Assembly: GCA_029940535.1 (NCBI GenBank)
Contig: JAPYUM010000009.1
Coordinates: 13,607 to 77,606 of the forward strand
Direction: 5' to 3'
From: Vicinamibacterales bacterium
GTDB taxonomy: Bacteria > Acidobacteriota > Vicinamibacteria > Vicinamibacterales > UBA8438
Length of the DNA: 64,000 nucleotides
Of the stretch, positions 36,644-46,535 are shown piece after piece (positions within the stretch are counted from its first letter, which is position 1; the number at the start of each line of letters is the position of its first letter). Both the position numbers and the translations under genes were made by a program. The notes beneath the pieces were generated by a model, which was given only the letters and a program-made list of their open reading frames with translations, did not search any database and was not told the DNA's origin.

Positions 36644-38329
36644 TTATCGTGCTCGGGTAATCGGGCTTGCGTCCGACAGACCCTCGCCCTCGGTGATCGT
36701 TATGATCTGGTCGGCCTCCACGGGGCCGATTTCGTCAATCTGATCGCCGGGCCAGACGACCTTGATGGCACTCACGGTCGTCGCCTCTCCAAGCCCGAAG
36801 GTCACGGGCAGCTCGCTTTGCGACAGGTAGCTGGACCCGGTCTTGACCAGCTGCCAACGTGTGTCGCCTGCGGCGGTGATCTCCACGCGGGCCCCGATGC
36901 CGTTTCGGTTCGCGGTGGTGCCGGTGAGGCGCACGCGAAGCAGGTGATTGGCATTGCCTCCATCGTTGCGCAGGATGCGGGCCGACCCGCCGTTGGCCGT
37001 CACGACCACGTCGAGGTCGCCATCGTTGTCGATATCGGCGTATGCGGCGCCGCGCCCGACCAGCGGTGTGGCCAGCGCGTTGCCATCGTCGCCCGCCACT
37101 TCTTCGAACCCGCCCTGCGCGTCGTTGCGGAACAGTTGCGGGCGCTGGGCGTGGGTCACTCGGTTTTGGACACGTTCGACCAGATCGTTGACATGGCCGT
37201 TGACGGCAAAGATGTCTGGCCAGCCGTCCAGGTCCACATCGAAGAAGAAGCAGCCGAACGTCAAACTCAGCAGCGAGGCACGACCAACCGCGGTCCGGGG
37301 CCCTTCGTCGATGAACAGGCCGCTGCCTTCGTTGTGATAAAGCGCCATCATCTCGGACGAAAAGTGTCCAATGATGAGGTCGGGTCGTCCAGAACGGTCG
37401 TAGTCGATGGCATCGACCCCCATGCCGGCCCGGGCCACACCAGCGTTACTGAACGCCACACCAGCCAGTACGCCGATATCCTCAAATGTGCCGTCGCCTC
37501 CGTTCTTGAACAGCATGTCCGGTTGCAGGTCGTTGGCCACGAACAGGTCCATCCAGCCATCGCTGTCGAAGTCGAGCATCGTCACACCCAGGGTCTTGGC
37601 GGATGGCGCTCGGAGGCCCGCGGCGGTGGTGACGTCCTGGAAGGTGCCGTTGCCCACGTTTCGATATAGCGTCGGGCTCTGGCCCTGGTACGACTCGGGG
37701 GTGCAGTACGACTTGGCGTCGTCGACAAACGGGCAAAAGAGGTCGGTCTCGGCCGACCACTCGACATAGTTGCCGACGAACAGATCGAGGTGGCCATCCT
37801 CGTCGTAGTCCAGCCACAGCGCGCTGGTTGAGAAGCCGGGGTCCCCGACGCCGGCTTCGGTCGTCACGTCCACAAAGTGCCCGTCACCCTGTCCTTTGAA
37901 CAGCCGATTCGGGCCCAGCGCCGTGACATACACATCGACGAAGCCGTCGTTGTCGAAGTCGGCTGCGGTGCCGCCCAGACCGTAGAGCGGCGTGTCGAGG
38001 CCAGACCCGGCGGTGATGTCCGTGAACGTGCCGTCGCCGGCATTGCGATACAGCGCAGCTGAGGTCGGTGGCCCCTGTTGTTCGGGCCAGGTCGTTCCGT
38101 TGACTAGTAGCAGGTCCTGCCAGCCGTCGGCGTCGACATCGAGCCAGACCGCGCCAGAGCCGAACGTTTCCGGCAAGTACTTCTCGCCGAACGCGCCGTT
38201 GTTGTGTGTGAAGCGGACACCCACCGACTCGGTGATGTCGGTCAAGACCACCGGACCTGCGGCCCGGACGGTCGCGAGTGCGGCGGCAGCGACAGCGGCG
38301 GCGATGGCAACGATCGGAGTCGGTTTCAT
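36644..38329 (-). CDS. FG-GAP/VCBS-repeat protein with ASPIC/UnbV C-terminal domain (CRTAC1-like)
   Basis: Signal peptide. Repeated DxDxDGxxD(L/V)(F/L)V motifs. C-terminal GIGARVEITAAGDTRWQLVKTGSSYLSQSE. Confidence 0.9.
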   Translation of the reverse strand: MKPTPIVAIAAAVAAAALATVRAAGPVVLTDITESVGVRFTHNNGAFGEKYLPETFGSGAVWLDVDADGWQDLLLVNGTTWPEQQGPPTSAALYRNAGDGTFTDITAGSGLDTPLYGLGGTAADFDNDGFVDVYVTALGPNRLFKGQGDGHFVDVTTEAGVGDPGFSTSALWLDYDEDGHLDLFVGNYVEWSAETDLFCPFVDDAKSYCTPESYQGQSPTLYRNVGNGTFQDVTTAAGLRAPSAKTLGVTMLDFDSDGWMDLFVANDLQPDMLFKNGGDGTFEDIGVLAGVAFSNAGVARAGMGVDAIDYDRSGRPDLIIGHFSSEMMALYHNEGSGLFIDEGPRTAVGRASLLSLTFGCFFFDVDLDGWPDIFAVNGHVNDLVERVQNRVTHAQRPQLFRNDAQGGFEEVAGDDGNALATPLVGRGAAYADIDNDGDLDVVVTANGGSARILRNDGGNANHLLRVRLTGTTANRNGIGARVEITAAGDTRWQLVKTGSSYLSQSELPVTFGLGEATTVSAIKVVWPGDQIDEIGPVEADQIITITEGEGLSDASPITRAR

Positions 38330-38456
38330 GGCGATACGCGGGTCGCGACGTGCGGTCAGAGCCCTGAGCGGGTCCTAACATTGTAGTGCCGCGGCTGATT
38401 TCGGAGACCGTCGGGTCGCAGCCGGTATAATTAGGCCGTTTTCCAGGAGGGTACAC

Positions 38457-39470
38457 ATGCGTAGCATCGTGCTCGTCGCCGCGGTCCTGTTTCTGGCCGT
38501 TCCCACCGTCGCGCGGTCCCAGGCTCCCGAGTCGTGGACCATACCGCGCACCCCGGATGGTCGACCCGATCTGCAGGGCCTTTGGACGACGCAGACATTT
38601 ACGCCGCTCCAGCGTCCCCCGCAGTTTGCCGGCCAGGAGTTCTTGACAGAGGATGAGGCCGCGTCACTGGCCGACGTGTTGACCGCCCCGGGTGTCGATC
38701 CGCTGCGCGGCCGAGCGTTCGCCGACGCGTTGGGCGATGACGCTGGGGCGCGAGACGGGGCCACGGTCCAGACGGATCCGACGCACTACGACAACTCGGT
38801 CTGGCTGCGGACACTGGACCCCAAAGGGCTGACGAGTCGGCGCACGTCGCTGATCGTCGATCCCCCGGATGGCCGGCTCCCGGCCCGGACCGAGGACGCC
38901 GCGGTACTGGCCGCCATGCGACGCGAGGCGCGGGGATTCGACAGCTACGAGAACCGGCCCGCCCAGGAGCGGTGTCTGGCCTGGAGCCACGAGGGTCCGC
39001 CGATGATGCCGCCACCCTACAACGACCTGTATCAAATTTTTCAGACCCCCGGCTATGTCGTCCTGTTCCCTGAAATGGCGAACAACCCGGCGCGCATCAT
39101 CTCCACCGACAATCGCGCCCACGTGTCGGACCGGATCCGTCAGTGGCCGGGGCACTCGGTGGGTCGATGGGACGGTGATACCCTCGTGGTCGACACCACG
39201 AACTTCACCATGAAGACTGGTTTCCAAGGCTCTGGCGACGGGTTGCATGTGGTCGAGCGATTCACCCGGGTCGCCGACGACCAGATTCGCTACGAGTTCA
39301 CGGTCGACGATGCGACAACGTGGACCCGGCCGTGGACCGTCGAGATGCCGATGATGCAGTCGGAAGGCCCCCTGTACGAATACACGTGTCACGAAGGGAA
39401 CTACGGCATGAGGAACACCATGCGAGGGGCACGCCTGGCCGACCGGCAGGCGGCCGACGGCCAGCGGTGA
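38457..39470 (+). CDS. Secreted protein of the uncharacterised family (paralog 3 of 4)
   Basis: AGGAGGG RBS and a signal peptide. RPDLQGLW, RTSLIVDPPDGRLPAR, ERC, GPPMM, RWDGDTLVVDTTNF, VVERF and YEYTCHEGNYGM motifs. Confidence 0.9.
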   Translation: MRSIVLVAAVLFLAVPTVARSQAPESWTIPRTPDGRPDLQGLWTTQTFTPLQRPPQFAGQEFLTEDEAASLADVLTAPGVDPLRGRAFADALGDDAGARDGATVQTDPTHYDNSVWLRTLDPKGLTSRRTSLIVDPPDGRLPARTEDAAVLAAMRREARGFDSYENRPAQERCLAWSHEGPPMMPPPYNDLYQIFQTPGYVVLFPEMANNPARIISTDNRAHVSDRIRQWPGHSVGRWDGDTLVVDTTNFTMKTGFQGSGDGLHVVERFTRVADDQIRYEFTVDDATTWTRPWTVEMPMMQSEGPLYEYTCHEGNYGMRNTMRGARLADRQAADGQR

Positions 39471-40927
39471 GCCGCCGACATCTCGCCTGGTCGTTGGTCG
39501 TGGTGGCGGCGCTCAGCACCGCGCTGTGCGCCCCGACGACGGATCGTGCCTGGCTGCCGGGCGACTCGCACATCCATAGTCATTGGAGCGCCGGTGCCGA
39601 CCGACGCCGGACACCGCCGACCCCCATCAAGGGACAGGACGCGCTGTATTCCACGCCGCGTAACGCGGTCATGGCACGCCAGTTCGGATTGCGCTGGATG
39701 GTGACCACGGACCATGGCGGCCCCGACCACGCGAAGCTGAATTTCATGCAGGCGCATCGGGAGCTCACGCTCTCTCGCGAGCTTGTGCCGGACCTGTTGC
39801 AGTTCTACGGCATGGAGCTGAACATGCCCGGCATGGATCACCACACCCTGATCATTCCCAACGCCGACGACGAAGCGACGGTGCTGCGCGAGATCGAGAG
39901 CCGGTTCGACGCGAACCAGGACTGGGCCCTGCCGCCCGATCCGGGGCGGCGGTCCGCCGAAGCGCGCCGGCGGGCACTGGCACATCTGCAATCGCTGGAG
40001 CGACTCCCGGTGCTGTTTGCCAATCATCCATCTCGGTCGGCGACCGGGATCGGGAAGTACGGCCTCGACGAGCCGTGGGAAATCCGCGAGAACAACGATC
40101 TGGCGTCTGATGTGTATAGGGGGATGGAGGGGGCACCGGGGCATCAAGCGTCGACACTGTCAGCCGACGGTAGCCGGCGGCCCGATCCACCAAGGGGACC
40201 ACCGCCAGGCCGAGGCGCCTATCGGAACCCCAACGCCCCGACCTTCGGCGGATTCGATCAAATGACAGCCAAGGTTGGCGGGTTCTGGGACTCGTTGTTG
40301 GGTGAGGGCCGCCGGTTCTGGGTCGTCGCCTCGTCCGACTCGCACGTGCACTACACGGACCCCGTGCGGCGGGGATCGGACTTCTGGCCGGGCGAGTTCC
40401 ACAAGACCTATGTGCTGGCCCGGCCCACATATGACGATGTCCTCGATGGATTGCGCCAAGGACGCGTCTTCGCGGCGGCGGGTGGCCTGGTGACCACGCT
40501 CGACGTCTCCGCCGCCGCTGGAGGGCGGCAGACCGGGGTTGGCGGTACGCTAGACGCGGCCGCGTCCGATTCTGTAGACGTGACCATACGGTTCACCGAT
40601 CCCGAGATAGAGAACGCCGCTGGTGAGGACCCGACGGTCCGACGAGTCGACCTGATCGTGGGCGAGACGCGCGGCCCGGCGTCGGCCCCACACCGTGATT
40701 GGAACTGGACCACGAAAGTCGTCGCACGATTCGGCCCGGCGGACTGGACGCGTGACGGCGACCGCTACACCGTGACCACCTCGTTGCCGGCCTCTGACGA
40801 GGACCGCTACCTTCGCGTGCGGGGCACCAGCACCGAGGCCCTCGAGCCAGCCCCTGATGAGCCGGGCGAGAACCCCTGGCACGACCTCTGGTTCTACTCG
40901 AACCCGATCTTCATCGAGGTCGAGTAG
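39467..40927 (+). CDS. PHP-domain / CehA-McbA-like metallohydrolase, exported
   Basis: The GTG start overlaps the stop of paralog 3 (GTGA). Hydrophobic leader. GDSHIHSHWS and VTTDHGG look like PHP-type metal ligands. The fold assignment is tentative. Confidence 0.7.
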   Translation: MSRRHLAWSLVVVAALSTALCAPTTDRAWLPGDSHIHSHWSAGADRRRTPPTPIKGQDALYSTPRNAVMARQFGLRWMVTTDHGGPDHAKLNFMQAHRELTLSRELVPDLLQFYGMELNMPGMDHHTLIIPNADDEATVLREIESRFDANQDWALPPDPGRRSAEARRRALAHLQSLERLPVLFANHPSRSATGIGKYGLDEPWEIRENNDLASDVYRGMEGAPGHQASTLSADGSRRPDPPRGPPPGRGAYRNPNAPTFGGFDQMTAKVGGFWDSLLGEGRRFWVVASSDSHVHYTDPVRRGSDFWPGEFHKTYVLARPTYDDVLDGLRQGRVFAAAGGLVTTLDVSAAAGGRQTGVGGTLDAAASDSVDVTIRFTDPEIENAAGEDPTVRRVDLIVGETRGPASAPHRDWNWTTKVVARFGPADWTRDGDRYTVTTSLPASDEDRYLRVRGTSTEALEPAPDEPGENPWHDLWFYSNPIFIEVE

Positions 40928-40942
40928 CGGACCGATGCCGCC

Positions 40943-41689
40943 TTGATTCTCGATCCCTGGTTCTATCTCGCGGCCTCGGTCGCCGTCCTGATCGCCGGCA
41001 TCGCCAAGGGCGGGTTGGGCGGTGGCATCGCGGTGGTCGGCGTGCCGCTGATGGCCATGGTCGTGAGCCCGGCGCAGGCCGCCGCGGTGCTCCTCCCCAT
41101 CTTGATGGTCATGGACGTGCTCGCCCTACATGCATACTGGGGCCGATGGGACCGCGGCAATCTGCGTGTCTTGTTGCCAGGTGCGTTGCTAGGCACGACC
41201 CTGGGGTTCCTGACGTTCGGCTATCTGTCGGACGACGGTCTCCGCGTGCTGGTGGCGGCGGTGGCGTTGACCTACGCGGTTCGATACTTCGCGGCGGCGG
41301 GGCCGACCGGGAAGCGACCGGCGTGGGCCCCGGCGGGGCTCTTCTGGGGGGCGTTGTCCGGTTTTACCAGTTTCTCGGTCCACGCGGGAGGGCCGCCGCT
41401 GCAGGCCTACCTGCTACCGCAGCAGATGCACCGGACGCTGTTTCAGGGCACCAGCGTCGTGTTCTTCTTCGTGGTGAACTGGTCCAAGGTGGTGCCGTAT
41501 GCGTGGCTTGGGCAGTGGACGCCGGACAATCTCCAGACCTCGCTCGTGTTGATGCCGTTGGCGCCGCTTGGTATCTGGATCGGTCGCCGCATCCATCTAC
41601 GGGTCAACGACGAGCTGTTCTTCCGCGTCGTGCATGCCTCGCTGTTTGTGATCGGGGTCAAGCTGCTGTACGACGTGGCGCCGTTGTAA
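40943..41689 (+). CDS. TauE/SafE (DUF81) family anion exporter
   Basis: TTG start. AGIAKGGLGGGIAVVGVPLM motif and 7-8 TM segments. Confidence 0.85.
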   Translation: MILDPWFYLAASVAVLIAGIAKGGLGGGIAVVGVPLMAMVVSPAQAAAVLLPILMVMDVLALHAYWGRWDRGNLRVLLPGALLGTTLGFLTFGYLSDDGLRVLVAAVALTYAVRYFAAAGPTGKRPAWAPAGLFWGALSGFTSFSVHAGGPPLQAYLLPQQMHRTLFQGTSVVFFFVVNWSKVVPYAWLGQWTPDNLQTSLVLMPLAPLGIWIGRRIHLRVNDELFFRVVHASLFVIGVKLLYDVAPL

Positions 41690-41792
41690 ACGCGCCTCCC
41701 ATGCGTGAGTCTTGACGGTCCGGGCCGAGGAGACGTGGCTGGACCTCTTGCGTGGTAGGGGCGGGCATCTTAACATTCACTAGGGAGATGCT

Positions 41793-44700
41793 ATGCGGAT
41801 GAGTCTTCGACGGTGTTCGGCGTTGCTGGCGGTGCTGGTGCTCGGTGGCGGCGCTCAGTCCGGCGGCGTGGGTGTCGCATGGGCGCAGGGGCCGGACTCG
41901 ACGGTCACGTTCAATCGTGATGTTCGGCCGATCCTCGCGGAGGGTTGTTACAACTGTCACGGGCCGAACGCCCCCACGCGGCAGGACGGGCTGCGGTTGG
42001 ATATTCCCGAAGGACCGCTCGCCGATCGTGGACGCTACGGTGGGCCGGTCATCGTGCCGGGCAACGCTGACGAGAGCCTGCTGATGCAGCGGGTCACCCA
42101 TGAGAGTGACAGCGCCCGGATGCCGCGAGGGCGCGCCGCGCTGCCGGACGACCAGATCGAGACGCTGCGTCGATGGATCGACCAAGGGGCGGAGTATCAG
42201 CCCCACTGGGCGTTCATCGCGCCCGAGCGCGTGGCGCCGCCGGCTGTGTCAGATGCCGAATGGCCTCGGAACTCCATCGATAATTTTCTGCTCGCCCGGC
42301 TCGAACAGGAAGGGCTGGCGCCGGCAGACGAGGCTGATCGCGCGACGCTGCTCCGTCGGGTGACCCTCGACCTCAGCGGCGTGCCGCCGACCCCGGCCGA
42401 ACTGACCGAGTTTCTGAACACGGACGCGGCTGACGCTTACGAGCAAGTGGTCGACCGGTTGTTGGACTCACCGCGCTACGGCGAGCGGATGGCGGCCGAG
42501 TGGCTCGATGCCGCACGCTATGCCGACACCAATGGGTATCAGACCGACGGGGAACGGCAGATGTGGCGATGGCGCGACTGGGTCATCGACGCCTACAACC
42601 ACAACATGCCGTTCGACCAGTTCACGATCGAGCAACTCGCGGGCGACATGCTGCCGGACGGGACCCTCGAGCAGAAAATCGCCACCGCCTTCAACCGGAA
42701 TCACAGCCAGAACGGCGAGGGAGGTATCGTCTCGGACGAATTCCTGCTCGAGTATGCGGTCGATCGGGTCGCCACGACCGGGACGGTGTGGATGGGACTC
42801 ACGCTGGGGTGTGCGCGTTGCCACGACCACAAGTTCGACCCGATCACGCAAAAAGAGTTCTACGAGGTCCTGGCCAACTTCAACAACATTCCGGAGCGCG
42901 GGAAGGCCTTCAAGTATGTCAATTCGCCGCCGCTGGTGACCGCCCCGACCCTCGAACAGCAGGCGGAGATCGGCGAACTGGATGCGGAGTTGATCGAAGC
43001 GCGCGCGGCGCTGACAGCGCTCGATGCGGACGCCGCCGCAGCCCGAGCGGAGTGGGAGGCGTCGCTCGCCTCTGCGGGTCGCGTCGACTGGTCGCTCCGA
43101 GACGGGTTGCTCGCCTATCACGCGTTTGAAGGCGACCTGGCGGGCACGCAGACGACGGTCGATATTCCGGCGGTCCTCGAAGACGGGCAGCCATCTTTCG
43201 TGCCGGGTCGGGTCGGCACCGCGGCCAGCTTTGACGGCGAGCGATTCGTCAACGCCGGGACCAGCCCCGACCTCGGCTATGACGACGCGTTCAGCCTGGC
43301 GGCGTGGATTTACCCGACCGCGTCCGACGGCGTCATCGTCTCGCGCGCGAGCGCCGGAGACCAGGGCGAGGTCGGGTGGGGTCTCTACCTCGAGGATGGC
43401 AAGGTTCGACTGAGTCTGTCCACGCGGGTGCTCGACGATGGCGTCGCGGCGGAGACGACCGTCGACGTCGTGCTGAATCAGTGGCAGCACGTGGTGGCGA
43501 CCTACGACGGGTCGAAGACGCCGGGTGGTATGCGGGTCTATTTCGATGGCGTGGCGCAAGCGTTGACGCCGCTCCTGGACCTGGTCGGCAACCGCCTGCC
43601 GATGCGTTATCCGCTCCGCATCGGGGCCAGCGGCTCGGACAAGCCACGCTTCCAGGGGCACATCGACGACCTGCGTATCTACGACCGCGTGTTGCCGGCG
43701 CTCCACGCCGCCGTGGTTGCGACCCCGGAGCCGATCAGCGACATTGCGGCAATGGCTCCGGCCCAGCGCGACGCCGCGCAGGCCGAGAAGTTGCGGCTGG
43801 CCTTTTTTACGCAGTACGCGCCGACCGAGATCCTGGCCGCATCGCGCGCCGTCAGCGAGCTCGAGCGTCAGCGCGAGGCCCTGTGGGCCACCTATCCGAC
43901 CGTCATGGTGATGGAAGAGATGGCGGAGCGTCGTCCGACGTTCCGGCTCAATCGTGGCGCCTACGATAGCCCGGCCGAGGAGGTCTTCCCGGGGGTGCCC
44001 GCGGCGTTGCCGCCCTTGCCGGCGGGGACCGAGGCCAACCGACTCTCGTTCGCGAAGTGGCTCGTCGACCCGGCGCATCCGTTGACCGCGCGGGTGACCG
44101 TGAATCGGTTTTGGCAGATGTACTTCGGCACCGGCATCGTCAAGACCGCCGAGAACTTCGGGACCCAGGGTGAGTTTCCGACCCACCCGGCGTTGCTGGA
44201 CTGGCTGGCGACTTCGTTCATCGACTCCGGGTGGGACGTCAAGGCCCTGCAACGGGCGATTGTCAACAGTGCCGCTTACCGGCAGGCCTCGAACATGACG
44301 CCGGCGGAGTTCGAGCGCGACCCGGAGAACCGTCTTGTGGCGCGAGGCCCGCGTCTTCGACTCGACGCGGAGATCATTCGAGACCAGGCCCTGTCGCTGT
44401 CCGGCCTCCTCGTCGAGGAGGTGGGGGGGCCGTCCGTGAAGCCATACCAGCCTGAGGGGCTGTGGACCGACATGGTGGAAGGCGGCTACGGCGACTATGT
44501 CGAGGCCGAGGGGGATGATCTTTATCGTCGCAGTCTGTACACCTTCTGGAAGCGGACCCTGGGCCCGCCCACGATGATGACCTTCGACTCGTCCACGCGC
44601 GAAGTCTGTATCGTGCGGACCGGCGTCACGAACACGCCGATGCAGGCGCTCAGCCTGATGAACGACGTGACCTACGTCGAGGCGGCACGCCGACTGGCGG

Positions 44701-44981
44701 AGCGGATGATGACCGAGGGGGGTGAGACGCCGGACGAGCGCATCGCGTACGCCTACCTGCTGGCGACGGCACACCGGCCCCCGCCACGGGCGGCGGACAT
44801 TCTCGTCCAAGGCTACGGCCGTCATTTCGAGCGCTACCAGGCCGACCGGGCGGCGGCGCTGGCGCTGGTGACCCAGGGACAGTCCGTCCGCGATCAGACC
44901 CTGGACGTCGCGGAGCTGGCGTCCTACACGATGGTGGCCAATCTCATTCTGAATTTCGACGGAACCATTACAAAGGAATAG
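41793..44981 (+). CDS. PSCyt1 haem-c + DUF1549 + LamG-like + DUF1553 giant secreted protein
   Basis: FNRDVRPILAEGCYNCHGPN provides a CxxCH haem site. DNFLLARLE is DUF1549-like. The central block (WQHVVATYDG...IDDLRIYDRVL) is concanavalin/LamG-like. The C-terminal part (TNTPMQAL) is DUF1553-like. Confidence 0.9.
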   Translation: MRMSLRRCSALLAVLVLGGGAQSGGVGVAWAQGPDSTVTFNRDVRPILAEGCYNCHGPNAPTRQDGLRLDIPEGPLADRGRYGGPVIVPGNADESLLMQRVTHESDSARMPRGRAALPDDQIETLRRWIDQGAEYQPHWAFIAPERVAPPAVSDAEWPRNSIDNFLLARLEQEGLAPADEADRATLLRRVTLDLSGVPPTPAELTEFLNTDAADAYEQVVDRLLDSPRYGERMAAEWLDAARYADTNGYQTDGERQMWRWRDWVIDAYNHNMPFDQFTIEQLAGDMLPDGTLEQKIATAFNRNHSQNGEGGIVSDEFLLEYAVDRVATTGTVWMGLTLGCARCHDHKFDPITQKEFYEVLANFNNIPERGKAFKYVNSPPLVTAPTLEQQAEIGELDAELIEARAALTALDADAAAARAEWEASLASAGRVDWSLRDGLLAYHAFEGDLAGTQTTVDIPAVLEDGQPSFVPGRVGTAASFDGERFVNAGTSPDLGYDDAFSLAAWIYPTASDGVIVSRASAGDQGEVGWGLYLEDGKVRLSLSTRVLDDGVAAETTVDVVLNQWQHVVATYDGSKTPGGMRVYFDGVAQALTPLLDLVGNRLPMRYPLRIGASGSDKPRFQGHIDDLRIYDRVLPALHAAVVATPEPISDIAAMAPAQRDAAQAEKLRLAFFTQYAPTEILAASRAVSELERQREALWATYPTVMVMEEMAERRPTFRLNRGAYDSPAEEVFPGVPAALPPLPAGTEANRLSFAKWLVDPAHPLTARVTVNRFWQMYFGTGIVKTAENFGTQGEFPTHPALLDWLATSFIDSGWDVKALQRAIVNSAAYRQASNMTPAEFERDPENRLVARGPRLRLDAEIIRDQALSLSGLLVEEVGGPSVKPYQPEGLWTDMVEGGYGDYVEAEGDDLYRRSLYTFWKRTLGPPTMMTFDSSTREVCIVRTGVTNTPMQALSLMNDVTYVEAARRLAERMMTEGGETPDERIAYAYLLATAHRPPPRAADILVQGYGRHFERYQADRAAALALVTQGQSVRDQTLDVAELASYTMVANLILNFDGTITKE

Positions 44982-44983
44982 CG

Positions 44984-46441
44984 ATGGAATCGCGCCTCGA
45001 CCAGTTGCTCGCCCGTCGACGCTTCCTCGAGTTGGCCGGTACCGGCATCGGCTCAGCCGCGCTGGCCTCGCTGTTCGGCCAGGACCTGCTGGCGCAGACG
45101 TCAGGCGCGACATCGGCCGCCGTTGGTGCGTTGCCCGGGTTGCCGCACCATGCCCCGAAGGCGAAGCGGATCATCTATCTGTTTCAGTCGGGGGCGCCGT
45201 CACAGCACGAGCTCTGGGACTACAAGCCGACGCTGCGGGAGCGGATGGGCGAAGATCTGCCGCCATCGGTACGTGGCGATCAGCGTGTGACCACCATGAC
45301 GGCGGGCCAAGAGCGCTTTCCGCTGGTGCCGTCAAAGTTCAGGTTCGCGCAGCACGGTCAGTCGCGGGCCTGGGTCAGCGACCTGATGCCGCACACCGCC
45401 AAGATCGTCGATGAACTGTGCTTCATCAAGTCGATGCACACCGAGGCGATCAACCACGACCCCGGTATTACCTTCTTTCAGACCGGAGCGCAGTTGGCCG
45501 GCCGCCCCAGCATGGGCGCCTGGCTGTCCTACGGCCTCGGGAGTCTGAACTCCGACCTGCCGACCTTCGTGGCGCTGGTCTCGAAGGGGTCGGCGCAAAC
45601 CGGTCAGCCGCTCTACGACCGACTCTGGGGCAGCGGGTTTCTCCCCTCGCGGTATCAGGGCGTGAAGTTTCTTTCGACCGGCGACCCGGTCCTCTATCTG
45701 TCGAATCCGCCAGGGGTCGATCAGGACACGCGCCGCCGTTTTCTCGACGACCTGGGCGCCCTCAACGGTCTGAAAGAGGAGGAGTTCGGCGACCCCGAGA
45801 CGAGCACGCGTATCTCCCAGTACGAGATGGCGTATCGCATGCAGACCTCCGTGCCTGAACTGGCCGACCTGTCGGATGAACCGGAGAGCACCTTCGAGCT
45901 CTACGGACCCGATGCGCGTGAGCCCGGCACCTTCGCTCGCAATTGTCTCCTGGCCCGACGACTGGCCGAGCGCGACGTGCGTTTTGTGCAGTGCTTTCAC
46001 CGTGGGTGGGATCAGCACACCCGGCTGCCTCAGGGCATCGAGCGGCAGGCGCAGGACGTTGATCAGGCCCAGGCGGCGCTCGTGCAGGACCTGAAGAATC
46101 GCGGGATGCTGGATGACACCCTTGTCGTCTGGGGTGGCGAGTTCGGTCGCAGCGCCTACAGCCAGGGGGTCCTGACCGAGGAGACCTACGGGCGCGACCA
46201 TCACCCCCGCGCGTTCACCATCTGGATGGCGGGTGGGGGGGTCAAGCCGGGCATCACTTACGGCGAGACCGATGAGTTCTCCTACAACATCACCAGCAAT
46301 CCGGTGCATATCCATGACCTGCACGCCACCATGCTGCACCTGCTCGGTATCGACCACACCAAGCTGACCTATCCGTTCCAGGGACGTAACTTCCGACTGA
46401 CCGATGTGTCCGGACGTGTCGTGCAGGACGTCCTAGCCTAG
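44984..46441 (+). CDS. DUF1501 (sulfatase/phosphatase-fold) protein with TAT leader
   Basis: LLARRRFLELAGTGIGSAALASL twin-arginine leader. GGEFGR, GRDHHP and HIHDLHATMLHLLGIDH motifs. Starts 2 nt after the upstream gene. Confidence 0.9.
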   Translation: MESRLDQLLARRRFLELAGTGIGSAALASLFGQDLLAQTSGATSAAVGALPGLPHHAPKAKRIIYLFQSGAPSQHELWDYKPTLRERMGEDLPPSVRGDQRVTTMTAGQERFPLVPSKFRFAQHGQSRAWVSDLMPHTAKIVDELCFIKSMHTEAINHDPGITFFQTGAQLAGRPSMGAWLSYGLGSLNSDLPTFVALVSKGSAQTGQPLYDRLWGSGFLPSRYQGVKFLSTGDPVLYLSNPPGVDQDTRRRFLDDLGALNGLKEEEFGDPETSTRISQYEMAYRMQTSVPELADLSDEPESTFELYGPDAREPGTFARNCLLARRLAERDVRFVQCFHRGWDQHTRLPQGIERQAQDVDQAQAALVQDLKNRGMLDDTLVVWGGEFGRSAYSQGVLTEETYGRDHHPRAFTIWMAGGGVKPGITYGETDEFSYNITSNPVHIHDLHATMLHLLGIDHTKLTYPFQGRNFRLTDVSGRVVQDVLA

Positions 46442-46535
46442 GTTTCCTGCCGATCCGTCCGCCTGACGGCGTTGCTTCCTCGGTCACATGCCACCTGCAT
46501 GCTCCCTGGTCAGTGTCCTAAGCGCGAGCCGGGGG

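Noticed and set aside
42468-45113. 881-aa ORF on the minus strand
   Set aside because: It is antisense to the confidently assigned PSCyt/DUF1553 gene. The Arg/Gly/Pro/His-rich composition is typical of shadow ORFs in high-G+C DNA, and I recognise no motifs.
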